DNA of 24,541 nt, taken from a virus (taxonomy: Duplodnaviria; Caudoviricetes). The translations under genes and the position numbers were made by a program. The DNA lies in the IMG/VR virus record IMGVR_UViG_3300018080_002503, positions 1-24,541 of that record. One strand, given 5' to 3'. Shown in pieces: positions 7,929 through 16,129 of this stretch; within the stretch, counting starts at the first letter, position 1, and every line of letters starts with the position of its first letter. A model generated the notes under the pieces. It was not told the DNA's origin. It ran no database searches and saw only the letters and a program-made list of their open reading frames with translations.

Positions 7929-8883
7929 TATTACGATACGGGCCGCAATGAAGATGATGGACGACAACGGTCAGCGTTTTTTGTTTGTCATGGGAAACGA
8001 TAATTTCCTAGGGCTGATTACCGAAGGGGACCTGCGCAGGCAAATACTATCAGGCATGACGTTGGATAATCTTATTGTGTACAAAGCGGACCCGGTCACG
8101 GTTGCTCCTGGCGAGGAGAAGAAGGCAAAAAAACTCCTGGGTGAGTATGAAGTCATTCCGGTAATAGAGAAGGGCAAGCTGGTTGATTACTACACGCAAG
8201 ACAGTTTTAATTTGCAGTGTCCGGTGGTGATTATGGCCGGCGGTAAGGGGAGCCGGTTAAAACCTTTTACCGATGTACTGCCGAAACCGTTGATCCCGGT
8301 GGGCGGGAAAACGATCATTGAGCATATCACCGAACGGTTCGAGCAGGCGGGAACGCAGCGGATTATTATCACAACCAATTACAAGGCGGGAGTAATACGG
8401 GCGTTTTTACATGATAGGGACTATGAGTTTGTCGAAGAGCCGGAACCTTTAGGGACCGCGGGCGGATTGAAGCTGATCGACGTCCACGATGATTTTATCG
8501 TAACAAACTGCGATATCATGGTGGATTGTGATTATGCGCAGCTGGTTGACCATCACAGGATGAATGGCTATGCGATTACCGTTGTAGGGGCAACGGTGAC
8601 GAACATTATCCCGTACGGGAGCTGTATCTTGGAGGACGGGATATTGCGGTGCATCGAGGAGAAGCCGCAGCTGGACTATATCGCGAACACAGGGTTGTAT
8701 GTGGTCAGCCCCGAGGTCCTCGAGTTGATCCCGGACGGACCGTATGATTTTACGGAGTTTATCACGACAGTGCAGAAAGCAGGCTGGGTCGTAGGAGTGT
8801 TTCCGGTATCGGCGCAGAAGTGGAGAGACATAGGACAGTGGCGAGAGTACAAGCAGGTACTTGATCAAATCGAACAGCCGTAA
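7888..8883 (+). CDS. CBS-domain sugar-phosphate nucleotidyltransferase (PtmE-like)
   Basis: N-terminal CBS (TIRAAMKMMD...LGLITEGDLRR), then IMAGGKGSRLKPFTDVLPKPLIP, EPLGTAGGL, VTNCD, EEKP, NTGLY and WRDIG. Confidence 0.88.
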   Translation: MNIDRKRFVTCGPNITIRAAMKMMDDNGQRFLFVMGNDNFLGLITEGDLRRQILSGMTLDNLIVYKADPVTVAPGEEKKAKKLLGEYEVIPVIEKGKLVDYYTQDSFNLQCPVVIMAGGKGSRLKPFTDVLPKPLIPVGGKTIIEHITERFEQAGTQRIIITTNYKAGVIRAFLHDRDYEFVEEPEPLGTAGGLKLIDVHDDFIVTNCDIMVDCDYAQLVDHHRMNGYAITVVGATVTNIIPYGSCILEDGILRCIEEKPQLDYIANTGLYVVSPEVLELIPDGPYDFTEFITTVQKAGWVVGVFPVSAQKWRDIGQWREYKQVLDQIEQP

Positions 8884-8898
8884 CGGGCTGTTTTTTTT
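8873..8898 (+). terminator. Rho-independent terminator ending the terS-neuDBC-nucleotidyltransferase unit
   Basis: AACAGCC (8873-8879) / GGCTGTT (8886-8892) hairpin with the stop codon in the loop, running into a T8 tract. Confidence 0.75.
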
Positions 8899-8915
8899 AT
8901 GCACGGAGGATTTTT

Positions 8916-9242
8916 ATGGCAGGAATTATGGAAACACAGCGGACGGTAACCGGGAACTTCCGACAGGGATCGGGGGAAAATAGAACACTTGCAATTGCGC
9001 GGGCCGGGTTCGGTGCATCGGGCGGGGGAAGCAGGGGGAGGAAATACGAAAATGTAACGTTCAAACTCCCGGGAGTCGGGAAGGTGACCGTAGGGCTTGT
9101 CAAAGAGAAAGACGACATGACGAAGAGCAAGTATTTCTACAACGGCAAGAAGATGAGCTATGACGATCTGATCTGGACGATCTACAAGGAGAACGGATAT
9201 TCCAGGGAAGAGTCATACGAGCTTATGGGTAGACGTGACTGA
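8916..9242 (+). CDS. Hypothetical protein (108 aa, Gly/Arg-rich N-half)
   Basis: GGAG RBS upstream and 3' end overlapping the terL start. No recognisable motif. Confidence 0.7.
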   Translation: MAGIMETQRTVTGNFRQGSGENRTLAIARAGFGASGGGSRGRKYENVTFKLPGVGKVTVGLVKEKDDMTKSKYFYNGKKMSYDDLIWTIYKENGYSREESYELMGRRD

Positions 9243-10656
9243 GCTTGACTATGAAGCAATTCCCACCCTTGAGGCATTCCACAAGAGTACCGCTCCATTT
9301 AAGTGTGTGGTCGGCCCGGTCGGTAGTGGAAAGACCTCGGCAGCGGCGTGGGAAATATGCTACTACATCCCGTATTACCTTGCGAAAAAATACGGGATTA
9401 CCAAGACCCGGTGGGTCGTCGTCAGGAACAGCTACCGGGAGCTGACCGACACGACGGAACGCACCTTGCTTGAGTGGTTCCCGCACGGCGAGTACAAGAA
9501 GGCGGACAAGGAATATTTCATCCGCGGAGGAGATGAGGACGAGAACCTCCACTGGGAGGTAGAAATATTGTTCAGGTCCTGTGACAGCGCGCAGGACATG
9601 AAGAAGTTTAAGTCCTTAGACCTGACTGGTTACTGGATCGATGAGTCTATCGAGGTTGCGGACGAGATCAAGCGGATGCTTAAGAACAGGATCGGGCGGT
9701 TTCCGAAACGGTGCCCGGTGCGGTATGGGATCGAGACCACGAACCCGCCGGACGTTGAGCATCCTACGTATTATCAGTTCGCATGGATCGAGCCGCCCCC
9801 GGGGCCGGTCTCATCGAAAGAACCCTTAGAGGGGCATATAGGGTTCTGGCAGCCACCATACGAGAACGCCCCGAACTTAAGAGAAGGATACTACGACGAC
9901 CTGAGGAAGGACTACCGGGACAATCCGGACTGGATCGAGATGTACGTTGAAGGGAAACCGGGAATGCTGGTCCAGGGGAAGCAGGTATACGCGAACTTTA
10001 ATAGGCGTATACATGTTGCCGAAGAACCTCTGTTGTATTCAGGTCTGCCGTTATATGTGGGCTGGGATAACAGCGGGAACAGCCCTGCCGCTATCGTGGT
10101 ACAGATCCCCACGGCACAGCAGGTTCAGGTACTTGCGGAGTTCCACACCGAGAACTTAGGCATTGTCGACTTTACGAATGAGGTCAACCAGGCAATGGTC
10201 CGGATGTTCCCGGGTTGTCAAGAAGTGGTCCATTACGGAGACCCAGCCGGCGAGAACAAGTACAGCAAGGCCTCCGGCGGGTTTACGAGTAACAAGGACC
10301 TGCAGTACGAGCAGTGCGGTATTGTCGTACAGCCGAGTGAGCAGAACTTCCGGGCCAGGGTAGAGAGCGTTGACCAACAGCTTGCCCGTATTAACGGAAT
10401 ACTGATTGACCCGAGGTGTACACGGCTGATTAACGGGTTTTTAGGCGGTTATCACTATCCGGAGAACAAGAGCATTGTCGGCGAATACTTGCCGAACGTG
10501 GTGAAGAACAAATATTCCCACGTACACGATGCCTTACAGTATGTGATGGTGAAACTGTTCAAGCCGATCCATCGGCCTGAGACGGAAATCGATATTTACC
10601 GGAACGTACGGAACGACTTAGAGTACGATCCGGCGGAAGTAATGAGGAGCACATGA
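9235..10656 (+). CDS. terL: Terminase large subunit
   Basis: Walker A VVGPVGSGKT, VVVRNSY, Walker B YWIDE, coupling motif TTNPP, RNase H-like nuclease GWDNSG and HVHDALQY. Sits upstream of the portal. Confidence 0.93.
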   Translation: MTELDYEAIPTLEAFHKSTAPFKCVVGPVGSGKTSAAAWEICYYIPYYLAKKYGITKTRWVVVRNSYRELTDTTERTLLEWFPHGEYKKADKEYFIRGGDEDENLHWEVEILFRSCDSAQDMKKFKSLDLTGYWIDESIEVADEIKRMLKNRIGRFPKRCPVRYGIETTNPPDVEHPTYYQFAWIEPPPGPVSSKEPLEGHIGFWQPPYENAPNLREGYYDDLRKDYRDNPDWIEMYVEGKPGMLVQGKQVYANFNRRIHVAEEPLLYSGLPLYVGWDNSGNSPAAIVVQIPTAQQVQVLAEFHTENLGIVDFTNEVNQAMVRMFPGCQEVVHYGDPAGENKYSKASGGFTSNKDLQYEQCGIVVQPSEQNFRARVESVDQQLARINGILIDPRCTRLINGFLGGYHYPENKSIVGEYLPNVVKNKYSHVHDALQYVMVKLFKPIHRPETEIDIYRNVRNDLEYDPAEVMRST

Positions 10657-11852
10657 GAGTAGAAGATCTACCAAACGACAGCGACCTGTTCGCAGAGAAT
10701 GTGAAAATAAACATGGTCCCGAGCCATGTGAAGAACAGTTTTGAGAACTATATCTATTTTAAGGAGCGGTACGGGAAGACCATCTTTGATTTACCGTTCG
10801 CTAATGGAAAACGTATCGGGAGCGCGGTCATTATCGGCAGCGGTGAGACCTTAGACGAATCATGGGATTTGTTGCGGCAGTGGCAGGAGAAAGACAAGGG
10901 AATAATCGTTTGTTCCTCTTCCCAGATTTCTACCTGCTACTACCACGGCATATACCCTGATTTCTGTGTAGTGTTCGACGCGAAGACACACCCGAGAATG
11001 TTTAAGGTAGATGAGTACAAATATGACCGGACTACACTCATTGTACACCCGGGTGTACCGAATGAGATCATCGACGCGTGGAAGGGTCCGATCTACGCGT
11101 ACCGGCTTAAAGGCGGGAACGAGTTCAACCAGTTTTTAGGAATGGCGTATGACTTCCTGCAGCTTGAGACCATGCCGTTTGCAACCGCCCTGACCACGCA
11201 GTTGATTTTCAGCGTGTTTATGGGGTTTGCACCGATCTACCTGGTCGGCTGCGATATGTGCGGAGACCGGTTCCTGCGGTACTACTATGAGGACGGGGAA
11301 TGGAAAACAGAGGACTGGCGGAAAGAAGAAGAGGGAAAGAACGTTGTCGACGTGGACGGACAACAGACCTCAATAGCCCTGATCTACCACAAAAAAGGGC
11401 TGTTGAGCGCGTTGCGGATCGACATGGTGTCAGGCGGGTATCCGGTATTCAACTGTTCACCGAAGACGATTGTAACTGAGCTTCCGTATATGCCGTTAGA
11501 AGCAGTGCTGAAGGATGCCGAGGCATGGAGGAAGTACGACTGGGAAAAACAGGAGAAGATCGACAAACTCGATAGGTTTCTGGATTCCCGTTTTACCCAT
11601 ATCGTAACCGCGCACAATGGGCTGTCATGGGTAAGTAAGGTCCTGGTAGGGAACAGCGACGAGGAGCTAACGAAGAAATTTCACGAGATGAACCAGGAGA
11701 TTACGGACTATAAGCGGCGGCTGATCAAGGCTGCGGAGATGCATAAGAAACCGCTTAAAGAGATCGCACCGAATTTCGAACCGCAGAAGATCCAGCTGAT
11801 CGATGTACCGGCGCACTGGAGACGGATCAAGGAGCTGAGGAATGCAAGTTGA
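10653..11852 (+). CDS. Maf/DUF115 (MAF_flag10, MptE-like) family putative nonulosonic acid transferase
   Basis: SAVIIGSGETLD (family: AIIVG.GPSL), IIVCSS, HGIYPDFCVVFD, MGFAPIYLVGCD and VFNCS occur in the order seen in Maf/DUF115 and CstII-like folds. ATGA overlap with terL and overlap with the portal start. Confidence 0.75.
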   Translation: MRVEDLPNDSDLFAENVKINMVPSHVKNSFENYIYFKERYGKTIFDLPFANGKRIGSAVIIGSGETLDESWDLLRQWQEKDKGIIVCSSSQISTCYYHGIYPDFCVVFDAKTHPRMFKVDEYKYDRTTLIVHPGVPNEIIDAWKGPIYAYRLKGGNEFNQFLGMAYDFLQLETMPFATALTTQLIFSVFMGFAPIYLVGCDMCGDRFLRYYYEDGEWKTEDWRKEEEGKNVVDVDGQQTSIALIYHKKGLLSALRIDMVSGGYPVFNCSPKTIVTELPYMPLEAVLKDAEAWRKYDWEKQEKIDKLDRFLDSRFTHIVTAHNGLSWVSKVLVGNSDEELTKKFHEMNQEITDYKRRLIKAAEMHKKPLKEIAPNFEPQKIQLIDVPAHWRRIKELRNAS

Positions 11853-13521
11853 CGAGATAGCAAAACAGATATACACGCGACAGTCCGAGATGGAAGATGC
11901 CCGGCAGACCTTCGGGGACGACTGGCTCGAGATCGCAAAATACCTCATGCCACACCTTGAGTTTATGGACGATGACCAGATGGTAGGCGAACGTGTTGGC
12001 ACCAATATCTATGATTCAACACCTTTAGGGTTTATGCAGATGATGGCTGACGGAATGCAGGGGCACACGGCAAGTTCGGCGATTAAGTGGTATCGGTTCG
12101 TTCCCTCGCGGCCCGAACTCGATACCCGGGCGGTACGGGAATGGCTGCAGGCCATGGACGAGCATTTTTACTATCTCTTCCAGAGCCGGAGCAATTTCTA
12201 CCAGAAGATACCCGCGTTTTTCTTAAACTTAGTCGGGCTTTCGATGAGTACGGTTTTTATCGACGAGAAGGTAGATACCGGAGAGATCAAGTTTATCATT
12301 CCGAACCCGTGGGAGATATTCGTCGAAAAGAACCAGTACGACGAGCGTGATACGGTCCATCGAAAATTCCCGATGAAGGCACGGAATATGGTGCAGTATT
12401 TTAACGAAGAGGATCTGACGGCCGCGGTTAAGGATGCGGCAAAGAATACCCCGGACAAGACCTTTGACATTATCCACTGCGTGTTCCCGAACACGGACAA
12501 GGACTATTACAAGACCGGAGCGCAAGACAGAGAATATTGTTCCGTCTACATACAGGACCAGAGCGGACCGGATAAAAAGCTGCTCAGGCGGAAAGAGAGC
12601 GGACAGGCTATTTCTGGATATAACATCATGCCGTATATCGTGGGTGTGTGGAGAGATATCCCGGATACCTCGTACAGCTACGGCCCGGCACATAATGCCT
12701 TGCCTGATATATTGATGCTGAATGACGCGGCAAAGCAGTACTGGATCGCGACCCAGAAACTGGTGACCCCGCCCATGTGGCTGCCGAAAAAGTATAAGTC
12801 TGCCTTCTCCCTGGCACCGGGAGCAAAGAACTATTACGAGGATGAGGCAATCCTTGACGTAAAGCCGATACAGCAGACTATCGACTTGCAGGCGGTATTA
12901 GAGGGCATACAGGACAAGCGGGAGCAGATCAGCAATCATTTTATGGCTGACTTTTTTCTCATGCTGACCCAGTCGGAAAAGCCGATGACTGCTACAGAGA
13001 TAATGGAGAAGCAGGGGGAGAAAGCAGCGGCGCTAGGGCCGGTCCTTTCCAGCTTGCATAATATTTTCAACCAAATGTTCGATCGGATGATCAGCATAGA
13101 ATATGAGGCTGGACGTTTGCCGCCACCTCCTCCCGAGCTGGTAGAAGCCGGAGGCGTGTTTGATATCGACTATATCGGCCCGTTGTCACAGGCACAGAAA
13201 CGCCTGTTCGAAACACAAGGGACACGGCACTTTTTAGAGCATGTCTCGCCATTGTTCCAGCTTTTCCCCGACGCGGTTGATGTTCTGAATACCGACGAAC
13301 TGGTCAAGAAGTTTGCTGACAGTTTTGGAGCGGACCTGGACATTATCAGGGACGACGAAGAGATCCAGGCGATCAGGGAAGCTCGTGCGAAGCAGATGCA
13401 GATGCTGCAGCAGATGGAACAGCTACAGGCCGTCGGTAAGGCGACTAAGGACTTAGGGTCCCCGAAGGATGAATCAAGCGTGTTGTCTGAGATCGAGCAG
13501 CAGGCCGGGGAAAGTGTATGA
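11842..13521 (+). CDS. Portal (head-tail connector) protein, T7 gp8/BPP-1-like
   Basis: 559 aa. IYDSTP, YSYGPAHNALPDI and MTATEIMEKQGEKAAALGPVL are typical of podovirus connectors. Position fits. Confidence 0.92.
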   Translation: MQVDEIAKQIYTRQSEMEDARQTFGDDWLEIAKYLMPHLEFMDDDQMVGERVGTNIYDSTPLGFMQMMADGMQGHTASSAIKWYRFVPSRPELDTRAVREWLQAMDEHFYYLFQSRSNFYQKIPAFFLNLVGLSMSTVFIDEKVDTGEIKFIIPNPWEIFVEKNQYDERDTVHRKFPMKARNMVQYFNEEDLTAAVKDAAKNTPDKTFDIIHCVFPNTDKDYYKTGAQDREYCSVYIQDQSGPDKKLLRRKESGQAISGYNIMPYIVGVWRDIPDTSYSYGPAHNALPDILMLNDAAKQYWIATQKLVTPPMWLPKKYKSAFSLAPGAKNYYEDEAILDVKPIQQTIDLQAVLEGIQDKREQISNHFMADFFLMLTQSEKPMTATEIMEKQGEKAAALGPVLSSLHNIFNQMFDRMISIEYEAGRLPPPPPELVEAGGVFDIDYIGPLSQAQKRLFETQGTRHFLEHVSPLFQLFPDAVDVLNTDELVKKFADSFGADLDIIRDDEEIQAIREARAKQMQMLQQMEQLQAVGKATKDLGSPKDESSVLSEIEQQAGESV

Positions 13522-13820
13522 ACTATATCCCGGTGAACAATGACTTGATTGAGGATTTTAACAAGGTCCTCTGCGGTTCCCAGCAGGGGGAGCGGGTGTT
13601 TACCCGTATCCTGATGGACCTTGGATTGTTCAGGCCCTTAGAGGGCCCGGACGATGTAACGAGGCATAACTATGCGGTACAGCTGCTGATCTACGCGGGG
13701 ATATGTTCCCCGGACCGCAGATCGCAGGTGATTAGAAATATTTTAAGTCTACGGACGAAACGGACACTAAAGCGAATGCTTAAACACAGGGTGCCCGTTG
13801 AAGGAGTAATGAATGAGTGA
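13518..13820 (+). CDS. Conserved small protein between portal and scaffold (Bbp19-like)
   Basis: DFNKVLCGSQQGERVFTRILMDLG resembles the 'Y..vF.s..G..VL.DL' pattern of this family. Synteny and ATGA coupling support it. Confidence 0.6.
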   Translation: MNYIPVNNDLIEDFNKVLCGSQQGERVFTRILMDLGLFRPLEGPDDVTRHNYAVQLLIYAGICSPDRRSQVIRNILSLRTKRTLKRMLKHRVPVEGVMNE

Positions 13821-14574
13821 CCAGACGGAACCTGTAAAAACGGAACCTGAAGCACAGGAAACGCAGGAGGCCACGAAGCCTCAGGAAACACAAGAAACGA
13901 CATTTTGGGCCGGGATGGCACAGCTCCCGGATGAGTACAAGAAAGACGAGGACATTGCCGCCTTAGGGTCTTTTGGAGAGTTAGCAAAAGCGTACAAAGA
14001 CCAGAAAGAAAAACTCTCGAGTTATCCGGCCCCGCCGGAATCTCCTGACGAGTACGAGCTTGCGCCGGCGGACCTGCCCGAGGATATGAACGTTGACGAA
14101 GAGATTGCCACACGTTTTAAAGAAGCCGCTCATGAAGCGGGGCTGACCAAAGAGCAGGCTGTTGCCATGCAGAATTTCTTTAACGCGGAGGCAGTAAACG
14201 ATTACAACAGGACCAAAGAACAGACCGAGGCGCAGAAGAAACAGGCTGAAGACGCGCGTGGAGAGGCGGTCAAGTCTCTTCGGACCGAATGGGGCGACAA
14301 GTTCAACGAGAAGGTAGAGCTTGCCCGACGGACCCTGCATGGCCTGTTGTTCGGTGATAAGGAAATAACCGAGGAGGGGGTAAAGAACCACCCGCTTCTT
14401 AAAAAGATAGATACGACAATCGGGAATGAACCCGAGTTTGTAAAGCTGTTTGCCAAGATCGGGGAAGTGAACCGTGAAGACGCGTTTTTCAAGTCCGACG
14501 GGCGGACGGCAACCGGGGTAAACCTGGATAGACTCTATCCCTCGATGAAGGGATTAAAAGAGGCTGAATGGTAA
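13813..14574 (+). CDS. Capsid scaffolding/assembly protein
   Basis: Acidic, Q/E/T-rich N-terminus, PESPDEY, AHEAGLTKEQA, LRTEWG and GNEPEFVKLFAKIG. Directly upstream of the capsid gene. Confidence 0.8.
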   Translation: MSDQTEPVKTEPEAQETQEATKPQETQETTFWAGMAQLPDEYKKDEDIAALGSFGELAKAYKDQKEKLSSYPAPPESPDEYELAPADLPEDMNVDEEIATRFKEAAHEAGLTKEQAVAMQNFFNAEAVNDYNRTKEQTEAQKKQAEDARGEAVKSLRTEWGDKFNEKVELARRTLHGLLFGDKEITEEGVKNHPLLKKIDTTIGNEPEFVKLFAKIGEVNREDAFFKSDGRTATGVNLDRLYPSMKGLKEAEW

Positions 14575-14726
14575 ATTAGGGGCGTTGCCCCATAAAGGAC
14601 CTGACGGAGCCTAACGGCGACCTGAAATCCTAGCTCTCCATGACCTGTAGTGGAAATGGGAGTAGGACTGGATGGAAGTATCACTTCCGGATGGAACTGC
14701 TTAAACCACTATAAGGAGAATCGCAT

Positions 14727-15695
14727 ATGGCTACCGAGCTAGGATTAAGTTCTGCGCACACGCTATCGGAACTCGCAACACGTGTATTCAACAATGAAGT
14801 TGCCGATATCATGAACGTGCTTGCCGAAAGCTCGCCCTTGATGAAAGACCTCAAGTGGCGTGAAGCGAACGGCACTTTGAACCACGTTCACACGCAGGCG
14901 ACGAAGCTGCCTTCCGGCGACTGGCGTGCCGCCAACGATGGTATTGACGCGGAAACCGCGCAGACCAAGGCGGTCACTGAACCGATCTGCCGACTTGAAG
15001 GTAGAAGTGAAATTGACGAATGGATTCTCGCTACCCAGCGAGATAAGAAGAAATACCGATACGAAGAGGACCTCTTGCATCTCGAGGGCTATGCCCAGAC
15101 GATCGAGACAGCTCTTTTCTACGGTAATCACGCAACCGACCCCGACCGGCCTAACGGCCTGCAGGTACGGTACGACGTTTCTTCTTTAGCAAATGTCTAC
15201 AACGCAGGCGGGACCACTGCCAGCGTACAGTCCAGTATTTACATCGTACAGCACGGCCTCGATGCCGTTCACCTCGCATACCCTCGCGGCGACGCGAATA
15301 TGGGGATTCAGAGGATCGACAAAGGCTTAGAACGTGTTACCGGCGCGAACAGCAAGGACCTGTACAAGTGGGTAACCCAGTTTGTGTTCCAGGTGGCAAT
15401 GGTAGTCCGTGACAACAACTGTGTACAGCGGATCGCAAACATCGGACGAGCCGTCACCTTCGGTACGGTTGAGGACCTCATGATTGAGGCCACGATCAAT
15501 ATGCCGAAATCCGCACGAAACGCAACGATCTACGTCAACAAGCGGATCAAGAAATTAATGGATGTCGCGGCCAAGGACAAGACGAATGTCGAATATACTA
15601 TCGATACCGTCTGGGGCCGTCCGACAGTTCACTTCCGTGGTATTCCGGTTCACCTTTCCGAGGCGATCGTTGATACCGAAGCCGTTGTCACCTAA
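14727..15695 (+). CDS. Major capsid protein (HK97 fold, BPP-1 Bbp17-like)
   Basis: Strong TAAGGAG RBS, 322 aa, ALFYGN...PNGLQVRY, SSIYIV, CVQRIANI and C-terminal FRGIPVHLSEAIVDTEAVVT. Synteny. Confidence 0.88.
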   Translation: MATELGLSSAHTLSELATRVFNNEVADIMNVLAESSPLMKDLKWREANGTLNHVHTQATKLPSGDWRAANDGIDAETAQTKAVTEPICRLEGRSEIDEWILATQRDKKKYRYEEDLLHLEGYAQTIETALFYGNHATDPDRPNGLQVRYDVSSLANVYNAGGTTASVQSSIYIVQHGLDAVHLAYPRGDANMGIQRIDKGLERVTGANSKDLYKWVTQFVFQVAMVVRDNNCVQRIANIGRAVTFGTVEDLMIEATINMPKSARNATIYVNKRIKKLMDVAAKDKTNVEYTIDTVWGRPTVHFRGIPVHLSEAIVDTEAVVT

Positions 15696-15706
15696 GGGGG
15701 CCTGAC

Positions 15707-16093
15707 ATGAGAGATGCTTATCATATTTTCGATACCTCCAAGACTGTCAGCACCTCGGACACCGTGACAGACAGCGCGTACTACATCGATTTTGAGGTGA
15801 CGAACGTATCGCAGAGCGGCACACAGCTAGTTGTAAAAGTAGCTTCCACCGCAAGCGTGACCGCGACGGCAGGGAACCTGTATGTAATATTACAGGATTC
15901 TCCGGACAACTCTACGTATACCAACCTGCTCGAATTCGCTTCCGTTTCTATGGCGGCGATTTCCGACGCGATTATACTTCACGAGGTTCCGTTGCCGATT
16001 TCGCACAAGCGGTACTTGAAGCTTACGTACCAGATTACGGCCCTTGCGCCTGACGCTGCTGCGTTCAAGTCTTGGATCGAATCCGAGAAGTAA
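15707..16093 (+). CDS. Capsid cement/decoration protein (Bbp16-like), Ser/Thr-rich
   Basis: Small beta-rich protein after the MCP with LQDSPDNSTY and RYLKLTY motifs. About 30 of 128 residues are Ser/Thr by my count. Confidence 0.7.
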   Translation: MRDAYHIFDTSKTVSTSDTVTDSAYYIDFEVTNVSQSGTQLVVKVASTASVTATAGNLYVILQDSPDNSTYTNLLEFASVSMAAISDAIILHEVPLPISHKRYLKLTYQITALAPDAAAFKSWIESEK

Positions 16094-16100
16094 GAGGACG

Positions 16101-16129
16101 GGGCGGGGGAAACCCCGCCCTTATTTATT
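16101..16129 (+). terminator. Terminator/attenuator after the capsid genes
   Basis: Perfect GGGCGGGG-GAAA-CCCCGCCC hairpin followed by TTATTTATT. Same position as the T7 Tphi terminator (between head and tail genes). Confidence 0.8.

Noticed and set aside
336-8883. Interpretation as a host LPS/capsule locus adjacent to a prophage
   Set aside because: The sugar genes overlap terS, terL and portal codon-to-codon, and no flippase, polymerase or transport genes are present. Phage ownership is more parsimonious, barring misassembly.
13828-13900. QET/TEP low-complexity repeats at the scaffold N-terminus
   Set aside because: This is an ordinary disordered region, typical of scaffolding proteins.
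14590-14700. Short repeats as a possible mini-CRISPR or tRNA
   Set aside because: The repeats are only 6-8 nt with no repeat-spacer geometry, and there is no cloverleaf or T-loop consensus.
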